This document shows, one piece after another, positions 9,733 through 19,070 of a stretch of DNA of 64,000 nt. The stretch spans positions 96,001 through 160,000 of the forward strand of contig JBCNVM010000001.1 in assembly GCA_039630085.1 (NCBI GenBank), read 5' to 3'. The notes below the pieces were generated by a model. It worked only from the letters and a program-made list of their open reading frames with translations. It searched no databases and had not been told where the DNA came from. A program made the position numbers and the translations under genes. This DNA comes from Candidatus Caldarchaeales archaeon (GTDB lineage Archaea > Thermoproteota > Nitrososphaeria_A > Caldarchaeales > Calditenuaceae). Within the stretch, counting starts at the first letter, position 1, and the number at the start of each line of letters is the position of its first letter.

Positions 9733-10703
9733 CCCGCATCACCCAGGACCAGCGCGTAGAGCGCCATCCTGACCGGCAGACCGTAGCTCGCCTGGTCGAA
9801 GTACCAGGCGTGTGGGGTCCTGTCGATCTCGGCGTCGAGCTCGTCGACCCTCGGGAGCGGGTGCATCACGCCCAGCGTCGGCCTCGCGTGCCTCAACATC
9901 TCCACGTCGACCCTGTAGCTCCCCCTCAGCCTCTCGTATTCCGACGGGTCCGGGAACCTCTCCTTCTGGAGCCTGGTAACGTAGAGGACGTCGAGCCTCG
10001 AGATCGCGTCCTGGATCTCCTGCTGCCTCGTCACCTTCGAGTAGCTCACGCCCCTATCCCTGAGGAACAGCTCGACCTCCTGCCTCACTTGGAGCGCAGG
10101 CGGAGCAATGAAGGTCAGCTCGACGCCGTCGAAGTTCGAGATCAGGTAGGCCAGAGAAGGGACAGTCCTCGAGAACTTCAGGTCCCCCAGCATGCCGAGC
10201 GAAGTCCCGTCGACCTTGCCCCTCTTCCTCAGGATCGTGTAGACGTCCAGGAGCGCCTGGGTCGGATGTTCCTGGCTCCCGGACCCAGCGTTGATCACCG
10301 GCGCGGACATCACGTCGGCAGCGAACCTCGCAGCTCCCCTCGCGGGGTGGCGCATCACGACGCAGTCGACCCCGTACCCCTCGAGCATCTTGAGGGTGTC
10401 GTAGAGGGTCTCGCCCTTGCTGAGCGAGGTCATCTCGGGCTCGTTCAGCGGCAGGACGTCCCCTCCAAGCCTCCTCGCGGCGATGTAGAAGCTCGAGAAG
10501 GTCCTGGTCGAGGGCTCCACGAAGAGCAGCGCGACCCTCTTCCCCTTCAGGACGCTCGAGAACCGGCCTGGATCAGCCTCCACCTCCCTCGCGACGTCGA
10601 AGATCCGCTCCGCTTCCTCCCTCGTCAGGTCCTTCGCGCTGACGATGTCCCTCCCCCTTAGCTCACCCCTCAGGAGAGCTCCGGCGCCGCGCTCTCCGGA
10701 CAC
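9729..10703 (-). CDS. pyrB: Aspartate carbamoyltransferase catalytic subunit
   Basis: EPSTRT, HPTQALLD, YVTRLQKERF, MHPLPRVDE. Confidence 0.96.
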   Translation of the reverse strand: MSGERGAGALLRGELRGRDIVSAKDLTREEAERIFDVAREVEADPGRFSSVLKGKRVALLFVEPSTRTFSSFYIAARRLGGDVLPLNEPEMTSLSKGETLYDTLKMLEGYGVDCVVMRHPARGAARFAADVMSAPVINAGSGSQEHPTQALLDVYTILRKRGKVDGTSLGMLGDLKFSRTVPSLAYLISNFDGVELTFIAPPALQVRQEVELFLRDRGVSYSKVTRQQEIQDAISRLDVLYVTRLQKERFPDPSEYERLRGSYRVDVEMLRHARPTLGVMHPLPRVDELDAEIDRTPHAWYFDQASYGLPVRMALYALVLGDAG

Positions 10704-11000
10704 GAGAACCCGCCTTTGCCAACGAGGAGCCTCGTTAAAAGCGTTGACCGTGCCGGACGGAAGTGGAGGGCTTGTGTATCTCTCACGTCCGACTTAGCTC
10801 AGTCGGGCGCCCGCTATCCGCCGAGCGCGCCGAACCGCGGAGAACCCCGCGGACCTTCTTGAGCTGCGGAACACCGAACGGCCCCGAAGAGGCCGAAGGC
10901 CATAGAGCGACGTCGACGGAGCGGAGGCTGAGATGTCTGGGCGTCGTGAGGGGACTAAGGGCGAAGAGGTTTTTGAGTGGGCTCTCACGGCCGGATTCCG

Positions 11001-11168
11001 ATGGGGCTGCTGAAGGTCGGGCTGATCCTCTTCTTCGCGATCGCGGGCCTCGGGACCGGGCTGATCGTCGGAGGCTACCTCACTAGCAACCCGGCGATGA
11101 TGAGCTGGGGTCTAGTCCTGGCCTTCGTCAGCGTGGTCCCCCTGTTGGGCTCAGCGCTCTCTAAGTGA
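11001..11168 (+). CDS. Small two-TM membrane protein
   Basis: 55 aa with two hydrophobic segments, host-like codons, TTTTGA about 25 nt upstream. Confidence 0.6.
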   Translation: MGLLKVGLILFFAIAGLGTGLIVGGYLTSNPAMMSWGLVLAFVSVVPLLGSALSK

Positions 11169-11198
11169 CGCCTCACTTCTGCCAGAACGGGAGCACGG

Positions 11199-11501
11199 TC
11201 AGTACTGTCCGGCCTTGACGGTCTCGAGCAGGGAGATGGCCAGCCAGAGCTGCGTCCTGGTGTAGGAGGGGATGTTCCCGTCGGAGAGGACCTCCTCGAT
11301 CATCTCGATCGCGTTCGCGGCCCTGACCGAGGGAGAGTACTTCTCGTTGAAGAGCTCGTCCATCGCGCCCTTCACCGCCTTCCTGAGGTTGCGGGGGGCG
11401 GTGTTGTCGTTCGCGATGGTCTCGAGTATCTGGGCTATCCTCTTCCTCTTCTCCTCCCACGACCACCCTCCAGACTCCACGACCCCTTCCCCCCCTTCCA
11501 C
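11199..11501 (-). CDS. UPF0147 family protein
   Basis: IANDNTAPRNLRK..VRAANAI..D.NIPSYTRTQLW. Confidence 0.85.
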   Translation of the reverse strand: MEGGEGVVESGGWSWEEKRKRIAQILETIANDNTAPRNLRKAVKGAMDELFNEKYSPSVRAANAIEMIEEVLSDGNIPSYTRTQLWLAISLLETVKAGQY

Positions 11502-11565
11502 CGGGGGTCCGGGCCTTACGGTATTAAGATTTGCAGTCCGACTGCTCGGCGCGAAGGGCCCGGTT

Positions 11566-12606
11566 CTACCTGACCGGGCATCCCGGTAGGCGCGAGATGA
11601 CCTTGGCCATCTCCACGTTCCTCCTCCAGCTCTCCGCGTCCCTCACCGCGACGATAATCACGCTGACGCTGTCCAGCATGACCGGCCGGTAGGACGTGTG
11701 GCTCAGGACCTCGTCCGCGAACTCCTTCAGCTCCTCGAACCTCGGGGACGCCGACTGGTCGAGCCTCCGCCTCGACTGTCCGAGCCACGCGTAGCCCTTG
11801 AACTCGACGAAGTTCGGCCTGAACCTGTTCACGATCTCCGCGTAACCCTTGGGGTCCTTCATGTTGAGGCCCTTGACGAGGGTCAGCCTGATAACAGTCC
11901 TGCTCCCCCTCCTCTCGAACTCGCCGAGCAGGGCGAGGCTCTCCATCACCCTCTCGTAGGCGTCGAGGACCACCGACTTCGTGACCCTCACGTATTCCTT
12001 GGGGTCGGTGGCGTAGACGCTGACGAAGAGGTTGGTCGGTATCGCGCCCTTCTCCAACATCTCCCTAAGCCTGTGGGGCATCGTGCCGTTGGTGACGAGG
12101 AACGTCGTCATCCCCCTCGAGTTGATCTCCTTGATCAGGTCCGCGATCATCGGGTACAGGGTCGGCTCGCCGTCAAGGGAGATCGCCACGTGGGCCGGTC
12201 TCATCGCCAGCCTGAAGTAAGCCCTGTCGGTCTTCGGGTTGCCCCCGAACCCGGAGAGGAGCTCCTTCTGGGCCCTCAGCATCTCGTCGACGACGGTCTT
12301 GGGGTCGTCCCAGTCGGCGCCGTGGGCCTTGTGTCTGAACGGCCCGAACGGCCTCCAGCACCAGGGGCATCCGAAGTTGCAGAAGTCGAGCGTTGGGGTC
12401 ATCTGGATGCACCTCCCGGAGTCGATCCCGTAGATCGACTTGTAGCAGTTCCTCTCCCCCCTCAGCCTCGACTTCGTCCACCTGCAGACCTCGACCGCGG
12501 TGTGCCTGTGCTCCCCCAGGACCCTGTACCCTGCCCTCCTGTACCTCTCGAGTCTCGCCTCGTCCATCTTCACGAACTGGACGCCGGCCTCCGCGCCGTC
12601 GGCCAT
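11566..12606 (-). CDS. taw1: 4-demethylwyosine synthase, radical SAM (Tyw1/Taw1)
   Basis: HTAVEVCRWTK, CYK..YGI.S.RCIQMTP, CNFGCPWCWR, AISLDGEPTLYP, VEFKGY. Confidence 0.93.
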   Translation of the reverse strand: MADGAEAGVQFVKMDEARLERYRRAGYRVLGEHRHTAVEVCRWTKSRLRGERNCYKSIYGIDSGRCIQMTPTLDFCNFGCPWCWRPFGPFRHKAHGADWDDPKTVVDEMLRAQKELLSGFGGNPKTDRAYFRLAMRPAHVAISLDGEPTLYPMIADLIKEINSRGMTTFLVTNGTMPHRLREMLEKGAIPTNLFVSVYATDPKEYVRVTKSVVLDAYERVMESLALLGEFERRGSRTVIRLTLVKGLNMKDPKGYAEIVNRFRPNFVEFKGYAWLGQSRRRLDQSASPRFEELKEFADEVLSHTSYRPVMLDSVSVIIVAVRDAESWRRNVEMAKVISRLPGCPVR

Positions 12607-12664
12607 GTTCCCACCTCGTCACCGAGAGGCCGCCATAAGAGTTTGGGACCTGTGCGGGTGCGCG

Positions 12665-13684
<1,020 letters not shown>

Positions 13685-13787
13685 TCATACCTCGTTACCC
13701 GGGAAGGTCGGAGCGGCTGGCGCCTGTCCGATCAGGTCTCCGCAAGGTATTTAACAGGAGGGTGGCGAGAAATGGTGTCGGAGAAGT

Positions 13788-14294
13788 TTGTACTACATCG
13801 AGCCCTCCGAGGTCGTCAAGCTGACAGAGGTCTTCGGAGGCGAGGAGGCGACGAGGGTCGTCAAGCTGCTCCTGGAAGAGCCCGGGCTCTCTGACGAGGA
13901 GCTGGCCGGCAAGCTCGGGGTCGACGTCAAGCAGGTGAGGAAGACGCTCCACAGGCTCCTCGAGCTCTCCCTGGTCACGTACACGGTCAGCTTCGAGAAG
14001 GAGAACGGCAAGAGGACCTTCAGGTGGAGGCTCCAGCTGGAGCAGGTGGTGAGCGCGGTCCGCGGCCAGGCGATCAGGATCATCGAGAGGCTGAAGATGC
14101 TGAGGGAGTTCTACTCGTCGAACGTCGTCTACTGGTGCGGTAACGCGAGCTGCAGGAAGCTCGACTTCTCGACCTCGGTCGACCACTTCTTCAAGTGCCC
14201 TTACTGCGGCAACCAGCTCCAGCCCTACGACCCCTCTGAGATGCTGAGGGCGATCGACGAGAAGATAGCCGAGCTCAGCAAGCTTCTGAGATGA
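13788..14294 (+). CDS. tfe: Transcription factor E (TFIIE alpha homolog)
   Basis: Winged helix SDEELAGKLGVDVKQVRKTL plus zinc ribbon C..C/FKCPYCG; adjacent to trm56. Confidence 0.88.
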   Translation: MYYIEPSEVVKLTEVFGGEEATRVVKLLLEEPGLSDEELAGKLGVDVKQVRKTLHRLLELSLVTYTVSFEKENGKRTFRWRLQLEQVVSAVRGQAIRIIERLKMLREFYSSNVVYWCGNASCRKLDFSTSVDHFFKCPYCGNQLQPYDPSEMLRAIDEKIAELSKLLR

Positions 14295-14860
14295 GCAGGG
14301 TCACGGTCCTGAGGCTCTTCCACAGGGTCGGGAGGGACGACAGGGTCACCGCCCACGTGGCGCTGACCGCGAGGGCCTTCGGCGCGTCGGGGGTCGTCGT
14401 CTCCGGCGACAGGGACGACGGGCTGATCGAGTCGATCAGGAAGGTGACCGAGGAGTGGGGAGGGCCCTTCGACATCTCCTTCGTCGGTGACTGGGAGGGC
14501 TACCTGAGGGAGCGGAAGTCCGCGGGCGATGTCCTAGTCCATCTGACGATGTACGGGGTGAGCCTGCTCGACGTCATCGGGGAGATCCGGGACCAGCTCG
14601 GCCGGAGGGGAGTGGTCGTGGTGGTCGGGTCCAGCAAGGTACCGAGGGTCGTCTACGAGCTGGCCGACTACAACGTCTCGATCGGGAACCAGCCCCACAG
14701 CGAGGTCGCCGCGCTCGCGGTCTTCCTCGACAGGCTCCTCGAGGGCCGAGTCTTCAGGGCCGAGTTCCAAGACGCCAAGCTGAAGGTCGTCCCGGACCCG
14801 AGGGGGAAGAGGGTCGTGAGGCTGAGGGGAGGTAACCTTAAGAGCGAAGCGTGGGACTGA
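14291..14860 (+). CDS. trm56: tRNA (cytidine(56)-2'-O)-methyltransferase
   Basis: VLRL.HR..RD.RVTAHVALTARAFGA, VHLTMYG, IGNQPHSEVAALAVFLDR. Confidence 0.94.
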   Translation: MSRVTVLRLFHRVGRDDRVTAHVALTARAFGASGVVVSGDRDDGLIESIRKVTEEWGGPFDISFVGDWEGYLRERKSAGDVLVHLTMYGVSLLDVIGEIRDQLGRRGVVVVVGSSKVPRVVYELADYNVSIGNQPHSEVAALAVFLDRLLEGRVFRAEFQDAKLKVVPDPRGKRVVRLRGGNLKSEAWD

Positions 14861-14869
14861 GATCGAGCG

Positions 14870-14916
14870 GGGGCCGTGGTCTAGCGGCATGACGCCGCCC
14901 TCACACGGCGGAGGTC
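14870..14916 (+). pseudogene. Truncated intronless tRNA-Val(CAC) 5' fragment (positions 1-48; no T-loop or 3' acceptor strand)
   Basis: GGGGCCG TG GTCT AGCGGC ATGAC G CCGCC CTCACAC GGCGG AGGTC, then unrelated sequence. Confidence 0.85.
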
Positions 14917-14937
14917 GGAGATGCTAACACGGTTTCC

Positions 14938-14944
14938 TTTATTA
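14938..14944 (+). promoter_or_regulatory. TATA-like box of the complete tRNA-Val gene
   Basis: TTTATTA ending about 24 nt before the tRNA 5' end. Confidence 0.55.
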
Positions 14945-14967
14945 CAAGGCTAGGAGCTTTTACGGCA

Positions 14968-15058
14968 GGGGCCGTGGTCTAGGGGTATGACGCCGCTCTC
15001 ACATGACTGATGTCGGGGGAGGCAGCGGCAGCCGTGGGTTCGAGTCCCACCGGCCCCA
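14968..15058 (+). tRNA. tRNA-Val(CAC) with ~19-nt anticodon-loop intron
   Basis: Acceptor GGGGCCG/CGGCCCC-A; anticodon stem CCGCT/AGCGG; loop CT-CAC; T arm GTGGG-TTCGAGT-CCCAC; 19 extra nt (~15003-15022) with only a relaxed BHB. Confidence 0.8.
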
Positions 15059-15219
15059 TCGTGATTTTATACATCTTGCACTGGAAAATTATCTTGTATC
15101 GGTGCGATCAGAATAATATGAGTGACTGTGAAGAGGGAAAAAGAGGGGGGAGCGCTTCGTCGGATTCTCCTCAGCGTTTTCTGAAATCGAAGCCGAAAAG
15201 AGAATTTCGTCTTTCCGTC

Positions 15220-15510
15220 TCCGCCGACGTCTGCTGCCTCTTCTGCAACGCCGAGCAGGCGCTCTTCCTTATGACCGCGACAGACCTCGCTATTATCGGG
15301 AAGCCTGCCTGTGCAGCGCTGGCCAAGGCCCTGAACGAGAAGAGGGCTGTGATCAGCATGGGGTGCACCGCGAGCAGGACTAGGGCTGGCTACGGCCCTG
15401 ACGAGCTGGTCGCCTTCATACCAGCCGAGAAGCTAGAGCAGGTCGTGATGTCGCTCCGCGTGGTGGTCCCGATCGAGAGAAAGGTCCGCGAAATCGCCAA
15501 GTCGAAGTAA
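15220..15510 (+). pseudogene. C-terminal remnant of a DUF169-like protein
   Basis: DV....NAEQA..L...C........SMGC.ASR..AG..PDEL...IP pattern. The N-terminal half is missing and replaced by low-GC sequence. Confidence 0.55.
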
Positions 15511-15664
15511 TCTCCGCACACGCGGGACCGGCGAACAACTACCTGGCTCTCAATTTTTCTCCGAAGACTCGTCGTCCGTAATACTGTCCGGACTGAAGCT
15601 GGACGCGTGACGAGGCTCAACCGTTTTTACCTCGAGGGGCGCAATACGTCAGGGTGTCGCGCGC

Positions 15665-16291
15665 ATGGCCTACCAGATCAGGGTAGGCGTCACAACCTTC
15701 CAGGGCGACGTGGAGGAGCACCTGCTCGCGCTGAGGGAGGCGATGAGGAAGCTCAATGTGAGGGGTGAGGCGGTGACCGCGAAGCTCCCGGAGGAGATCG
15801 AGCAGCTCGACGCGGTCGTCGTCCCGGGAGGCGAGAGCACGGTGATGGGGAGGCTCGCACAGCGGTCGAGGTCGCTCGACGTCCTCAGGAGGAGGGTCCT
15901 CGAGGGCCTTCCGGTCCTCGGCACCTGCGCCGGCCTCATCTTCCTCGCGAGCAGGGTCTACGACAGGGTCGTCGGCGAGACGAGGCAACCGATACTCGGG
16001 GTCCTCGACGTCACGGTCGAGCGGAACTCCTACGGCAGGCAGAGGGACTCCTTCGAGGTGCAGATACCGGTGCCGGCCCTCGGGAGGGAGGGCTTCAGGG
16101 CGGTCTTCATCAGGGCTCCCTCGATCGTCGAGGTGGGGCCGGAGGTGGAGGTCCTAGCTAGGTACGCCGAGAGGCCGGTCGCGGTCAGGCAGGGCTCGAT
16201 CTACGGTACGACCTTCCACCCAGAGCTCTCCGGCGACACGGCTTTCCACGAGGTCCTCGTCGAGGAGGCCCTCAGGTTCAGCAGGCGGTGA
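15665..16291 (+). CDS. pdxT: PLP synthase glutaminase subunit
   Basis: QGDVEEH, PGGEST, GTCAGLI, RNSYGRQ.DSF, FIRAP, FHPEL. Confidence 0.95.
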   Translation: MAYQIRVGVTTFQGDVEEHLLALREAMRKLNVRGEAVTAKLPEEIEQLDAVVVPGGESTVMGRLAQRSRSLDVLRRRVLEGLPVLGTCAGLIFLASRVYDRVVGETRQPILGVLDVTVERNSYGRQRDSFEVQIPVPALGREGFRAVFIRAPSIVEVGPEVEVLARYAERPVAVRQGSIYGTTFHPELSGDTAFHEVLVEEALRFSRR

Positions 16292-16352
16292 CCCTCCGAG
16301 CTCGCCGACCCTTCACGGCAAGACTTTTATCAGTTCCTGAGAGGCCGAGGGC

Positions 16353-16802
16353 GTGGTCAACTACTGGCTGATGAGCGCGAAGGACCACAGGGGCCGCGAC
16401 GGCAAGCCGGTCCCCGCGAGGTCGGTCGTCGAGAGGAGGGTTGCGAACGGCGTCTGGTTCGTCTCCTACAGGAACCCCTACCTCAGGAAAGTCAGTCCCG
16501 GAGACGTCGGGATATTGCTCGCTCTCGGGAGGGAGAGGAAGGAGCTGCTCGGGGACTGCAGGGTGATCGGCGGGCCCTATCCGGTCGATGCGGCGCGGGC
16601 CGCGCTGATCGAGGGGCCTCCGTCATCGGCGCTCACCCATTACCTCAAGATCGAGGGGAAGCTCTGGCCACAGCCGAAGGACCTGATGGACTACCTGGGG
16701 AGGCTGAGCTTCGTCGGGGAGACCTCGAGGTGGTACGCGTACTTCCAAGGAGGTCTGAAGCCGCTGACCGAGGCCGACGTCGCTGTCCTGCTCTCCCGTT
16801 AG
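16353..16802 (+). CDS. EVE/PUA-like domain protein
   Basis: NYWLM start, W........LRKVSPGD, LSFV....W..YFQGG.KPLTEAD end. Confidence 0.62.
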   Translation: MVNYWLMSAKDHRGRDGKPVPARSVVERRVANGVWFVSYRNPYLRKVSPGDVGILLALGRERKELLGDCRVIGGPYPVDAARAALIEGPPSSALTHYLKIEGKLWPQPKDLMDYLGRLSFVGETSRWYAYFQGGLKPLTEADVAVLLSR

Positions 16803-17488
16803 GGCGCGACTAGGTAGGGCCTTACGTACTTCTCGAAGAGCCTCCTCCTCTCTGGTTGTGAGAGCTCCACGTAGCCCGTTGCCGGCGAGATGTAGGCTAC
16901 CTCGATGCTGTCCCCGCTCCCTATGTCCCTCCTTATCGCGACCGCGACCGCCTTGTAGGCCAGCTCGATCGCCTCGTCGAGGCCCATCCCGTCCCTGAAC
17001 TCGGACTCGAGGACGCCCAGCGCGATCGGGGAGCCAGAGCCGGTGCTGATGACCTTCTCCTCGGTTATTCCGCCGAACGGGTCGATGTTGAAGATGTGGG
17101 GCCCGGCCTCGTCGTAACCCCCGATCAGGAGCTGGGTCTGATACGGGAAGAACCTGTAGTAGAACATGTACGTCGAGAGGAGCGTCGCCGCTGCCCTCAC
17201 CTGCATCGGCCTGCCCTGAACGACCTGGTAGTGCCTGACGTTCGCCCTCAGCAGGTCCACTAGGGCCTGAGCGTCCGCGACCCTCCCGGCTATCGTCATC
17301 GCCATGTTGTCGGCCACCTTGTGGATCTTCTTCGCGCGCTTGTGGGCGATGAAGAAGCCGGCAGTGGCCCTCGTGTCGGTCGCGAAGACGACGAGGTCGT
17401 TCACCGTGAAGGCGAGCGTCGTCGTCCCGGTCTTCAGCGGCCGCGGTCCTGCGCCGGCGTCGCTGCCGAACATTCCGGTCGACTCCAC
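16799..17488 (-). CDS. psmB: Proteasome beta subunit
   Basis: Propeptide ending LKTG|TTT, DTRATAG, TGSGSP.ALGVLE, RDIGSG. Confidence 0.95.
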   Translation of the reverse strand: MESTGMFGSDAGAGPRPLKTGTTTLAFTVNDLVVFATDTRATAGFFIAHKRAKKIHKVADNMAMTIAGRVADAQALVDLLRANVRHYQVVQGRPMQVRAAATLLSTYMFYYRFFPYQTQLLIGGYDEAGPHIFNIDPFGGITEEKVISTGSGSPIALGVLESEFRDGMGLDEAIELAYKAVAVAIRRDIGSGDSIEVAYISPATGYVELSQPERRRLFEKYVRPYLVAP

Positions 17489-17587
17489 CCTCCTCCCACT
17501 AAAAAGTTGTTCGCGAGCGGACGTGACGCGGTCCGGAGCAGATCCGACGTCACCTCTTTATCCTTCTGCGAACCTGTCGGTCGATGA

Positions 17588-17685
17588 GGGCCCGTAGCTC
17601 AGCGGTAGAGCGCCCGGCTGTTAACCGGATGGCGGGCGCGGGGCTCGCCCGGGAGAGGTCGTGGGTTCGAGTCCCACCGGGCCCG
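17588..17685 (+). tRNA. tRNA-Asn(GTT) with ~26-nt intron at a non-canonical position (near 43/44)
   Basis: GGGCCCG/CGGGCCC-G; GCTC/GAGC; CCCGG-CTGTTAA-CCGG; T arm GTGGG-TTCGAGT-CCCAC; hairpin insert GGCGGGC/GCTCGCC at ~17630-17655. Confidence 0.88.
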
Positions 17686-17738
17686 CTCTCTTCTGCGGCT
17701 CTCGGTCCGCGAAGAGGGGTTCGATAGGCGCATCGCTT

Positions 17739-18398
17739 TCAGTCGCTCCCGACCGGCGTCGTGCCCGACGCGAGCATCTTCCTCGCCAAGTAGACAGCGG
17801 ACCCGAGGGCACCGGACTCAGCCGCGTGGTAGCTCCTCGCTCCGGCGATCAGCATGACGTCGCCGTCGTTGGGGCATAGCTCGTCCAGCAGCTTCCTCGC
17901 GAACCCGGGGTGCTCCTCAGAGATATCGCTGACCTCAGGCATCAGCACCCTCCCCATGACGTAGCTCAGGACCATAGCGGCCTCCGCCCCGTGCCTGATC
18001 GCCTCGTCTCGCTCGTCGAGCCCCCTCCCCACGTGTCCCGAGGCCCTCCTGACGATGACCCCGACGCTGTGCTCGTAACTCCAGACCTCGTCGAGCCTGA
18101 TGGGCTTCGGCTCGGTCATCAACTCAGACAGCCCCTTGAGGAACTCCCTGCCGCGGTCGCTCAGGATGCACCCCGACCTGATCACGTTCACGAGTCCACG
18201 CTGGGCCAGCCTCCTGATGATCGTCCTCGCTGTACCCTCTCCGACGCCGAGCCTCGCGCCCAGAGCCGACCTGCTGATCATGTTCTCCCTGCTGAGCGCG
18301 AAGAGGGCCCTCAGGTAGATCACGGGACCGAGGGGGACGCCCTGACCCAGCCTTCCGGCCCCCTCGAGGAGAAGGTCCCGAGGCCCCTCCGCCCTCAA
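17739..18398 (-). CDS. HTH protein, DUF4443-like
   Basis: SRSALGARLGVGEGTARTII HTH; GLDERDEAIRHGA motif. Confidence 0.65.
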   Translation of the reverse strand: MRAEGPRDLLLEGAGRLGQGVPLGPVIYLRALFALSRENMISRSALGARLGVGEGTARTIIRRLAQRGLVNVIRSGCILSDRGREFLKGLSELMTEPKPIRLDEVWSYEHSVGVIVRRASGHVGRGLDERDEAIRHGAEAAMVLSYVMGRVLMPEVSDISEEHPGFARKLLDELCPNDGDVMLIAGARSYHAAESGALGSAVYLARKMLASGTTPVGSD

Positions 18399-18467
18399 GC
18401 CCTCGGAACTTATTCCCGCCGTCTGTAGTTAAGTTTTTAACGCGTGTCCCCCTCTTCCCGGTCGATC

Positions 18468-18986
18468 TTAGAGCAGGGCGACCTGCGGCTCGATCGGCGT
18501 CCTCAAGCTGTAGATCGCCGGGCACCGGTCCTTCGCCTCCTCCACCAGCCGCTCCATCACCTCCCTCGGCGCGTCGCCGGAGAGCTTGACCTCGAACCTC
18601 ACCGACCTGACGATCGGCCGGTCATGGACGCCCAGCGGCTTCGAGAAGTCGACCTCGCACGACCCCTTGACCTCCGCGCCCGTGAGCCTCACTCCCCTCT
18701 CCGCCGCGATCCCGACGAGCGTCGCCATGAAGCACGACGCCATCCCGACCAGGCAGTAGTGCATCGGGCCGGGCCTGCTCCCGCTCCCTCCGAGGAAGCT
18801 CGGCGAGTCGACCTCGATCCTGAACTCTCCCGACTCGGCCCTGCACCTCGCGACGAACTGGACTTCTCCCGGCTCTGTGACCCAGTGTCCGCTCACCTCG
18901 ATCGTCCTGACGGCCTTCGTCGGGTCCGACTTCAGCAGCTCAATGGTCCCAGAGACCTTCTCGATGTCGACGTTGTTGAACCTCAC
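18468..18986 (-). CDS. OsmC/Ohr family protein
   Basis: DSPSFLGG...GP.....GMASC and RCP; two conserved Cys. Confidence 0.85.
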   Translation of the reverse strand: MRFNNVDIEKVSGTIELLKSDPTKAVRTIEVSGHWVTEPGEVQFVARCRAESGEFRIEVDSPSFLGGSGSRPGPMHYCLVGMASCFMATLVGIAAERGVRLTGAEVKGSCEVDFSKPLGVHDRPIVRSVRFEVKLSGDAPREVMERLVEEAKDRCPAIYSLRTPIEPQVALL

Positions 18987-19070
18987 GCCCGTGCGGCCAT
19001 CGGCGCGGCTATAAACGTGCGACCTTCACTCGTGAACTTAATACGATGCCCGTCGGGTCGGGACCCGGAA

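Noticed and set aside
10775-10955. RNase P RNA or SRP RNA
   Set aside because: Only a partial GAAGGTCC match; no CR-V/P4 partner, no SRP helix-8 motif, and too short.
14993-15004. Reading the anticodon as TCA (Sec or opal suppressor)
   Set aside because: The stem register and U33 place CAC as the anticodon; there is no long variable arm or extended acceptor stem.
14917-15033. Val spacer plus second 5' half as a long intron in the first tRNA
   Set aside because: No BHB-like pairing at the required junctions, and the second copy has its own TATA-like box.
15010-15219. N-terminal part of the 166-aa ORF
   Set aside because: It starts inside the tRNA-Val gene and runs through AT-rich non-coding-like DNA.
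18444-19070. 200-aa N-terminal extension of PheS (likewise the extensions at 1369, 7023, 24533 and 63409)
   Set aside because: These overlap opposite-strand genes or promoters and reflect stop-codon scarcity at high GC; downstream starts fit the families.
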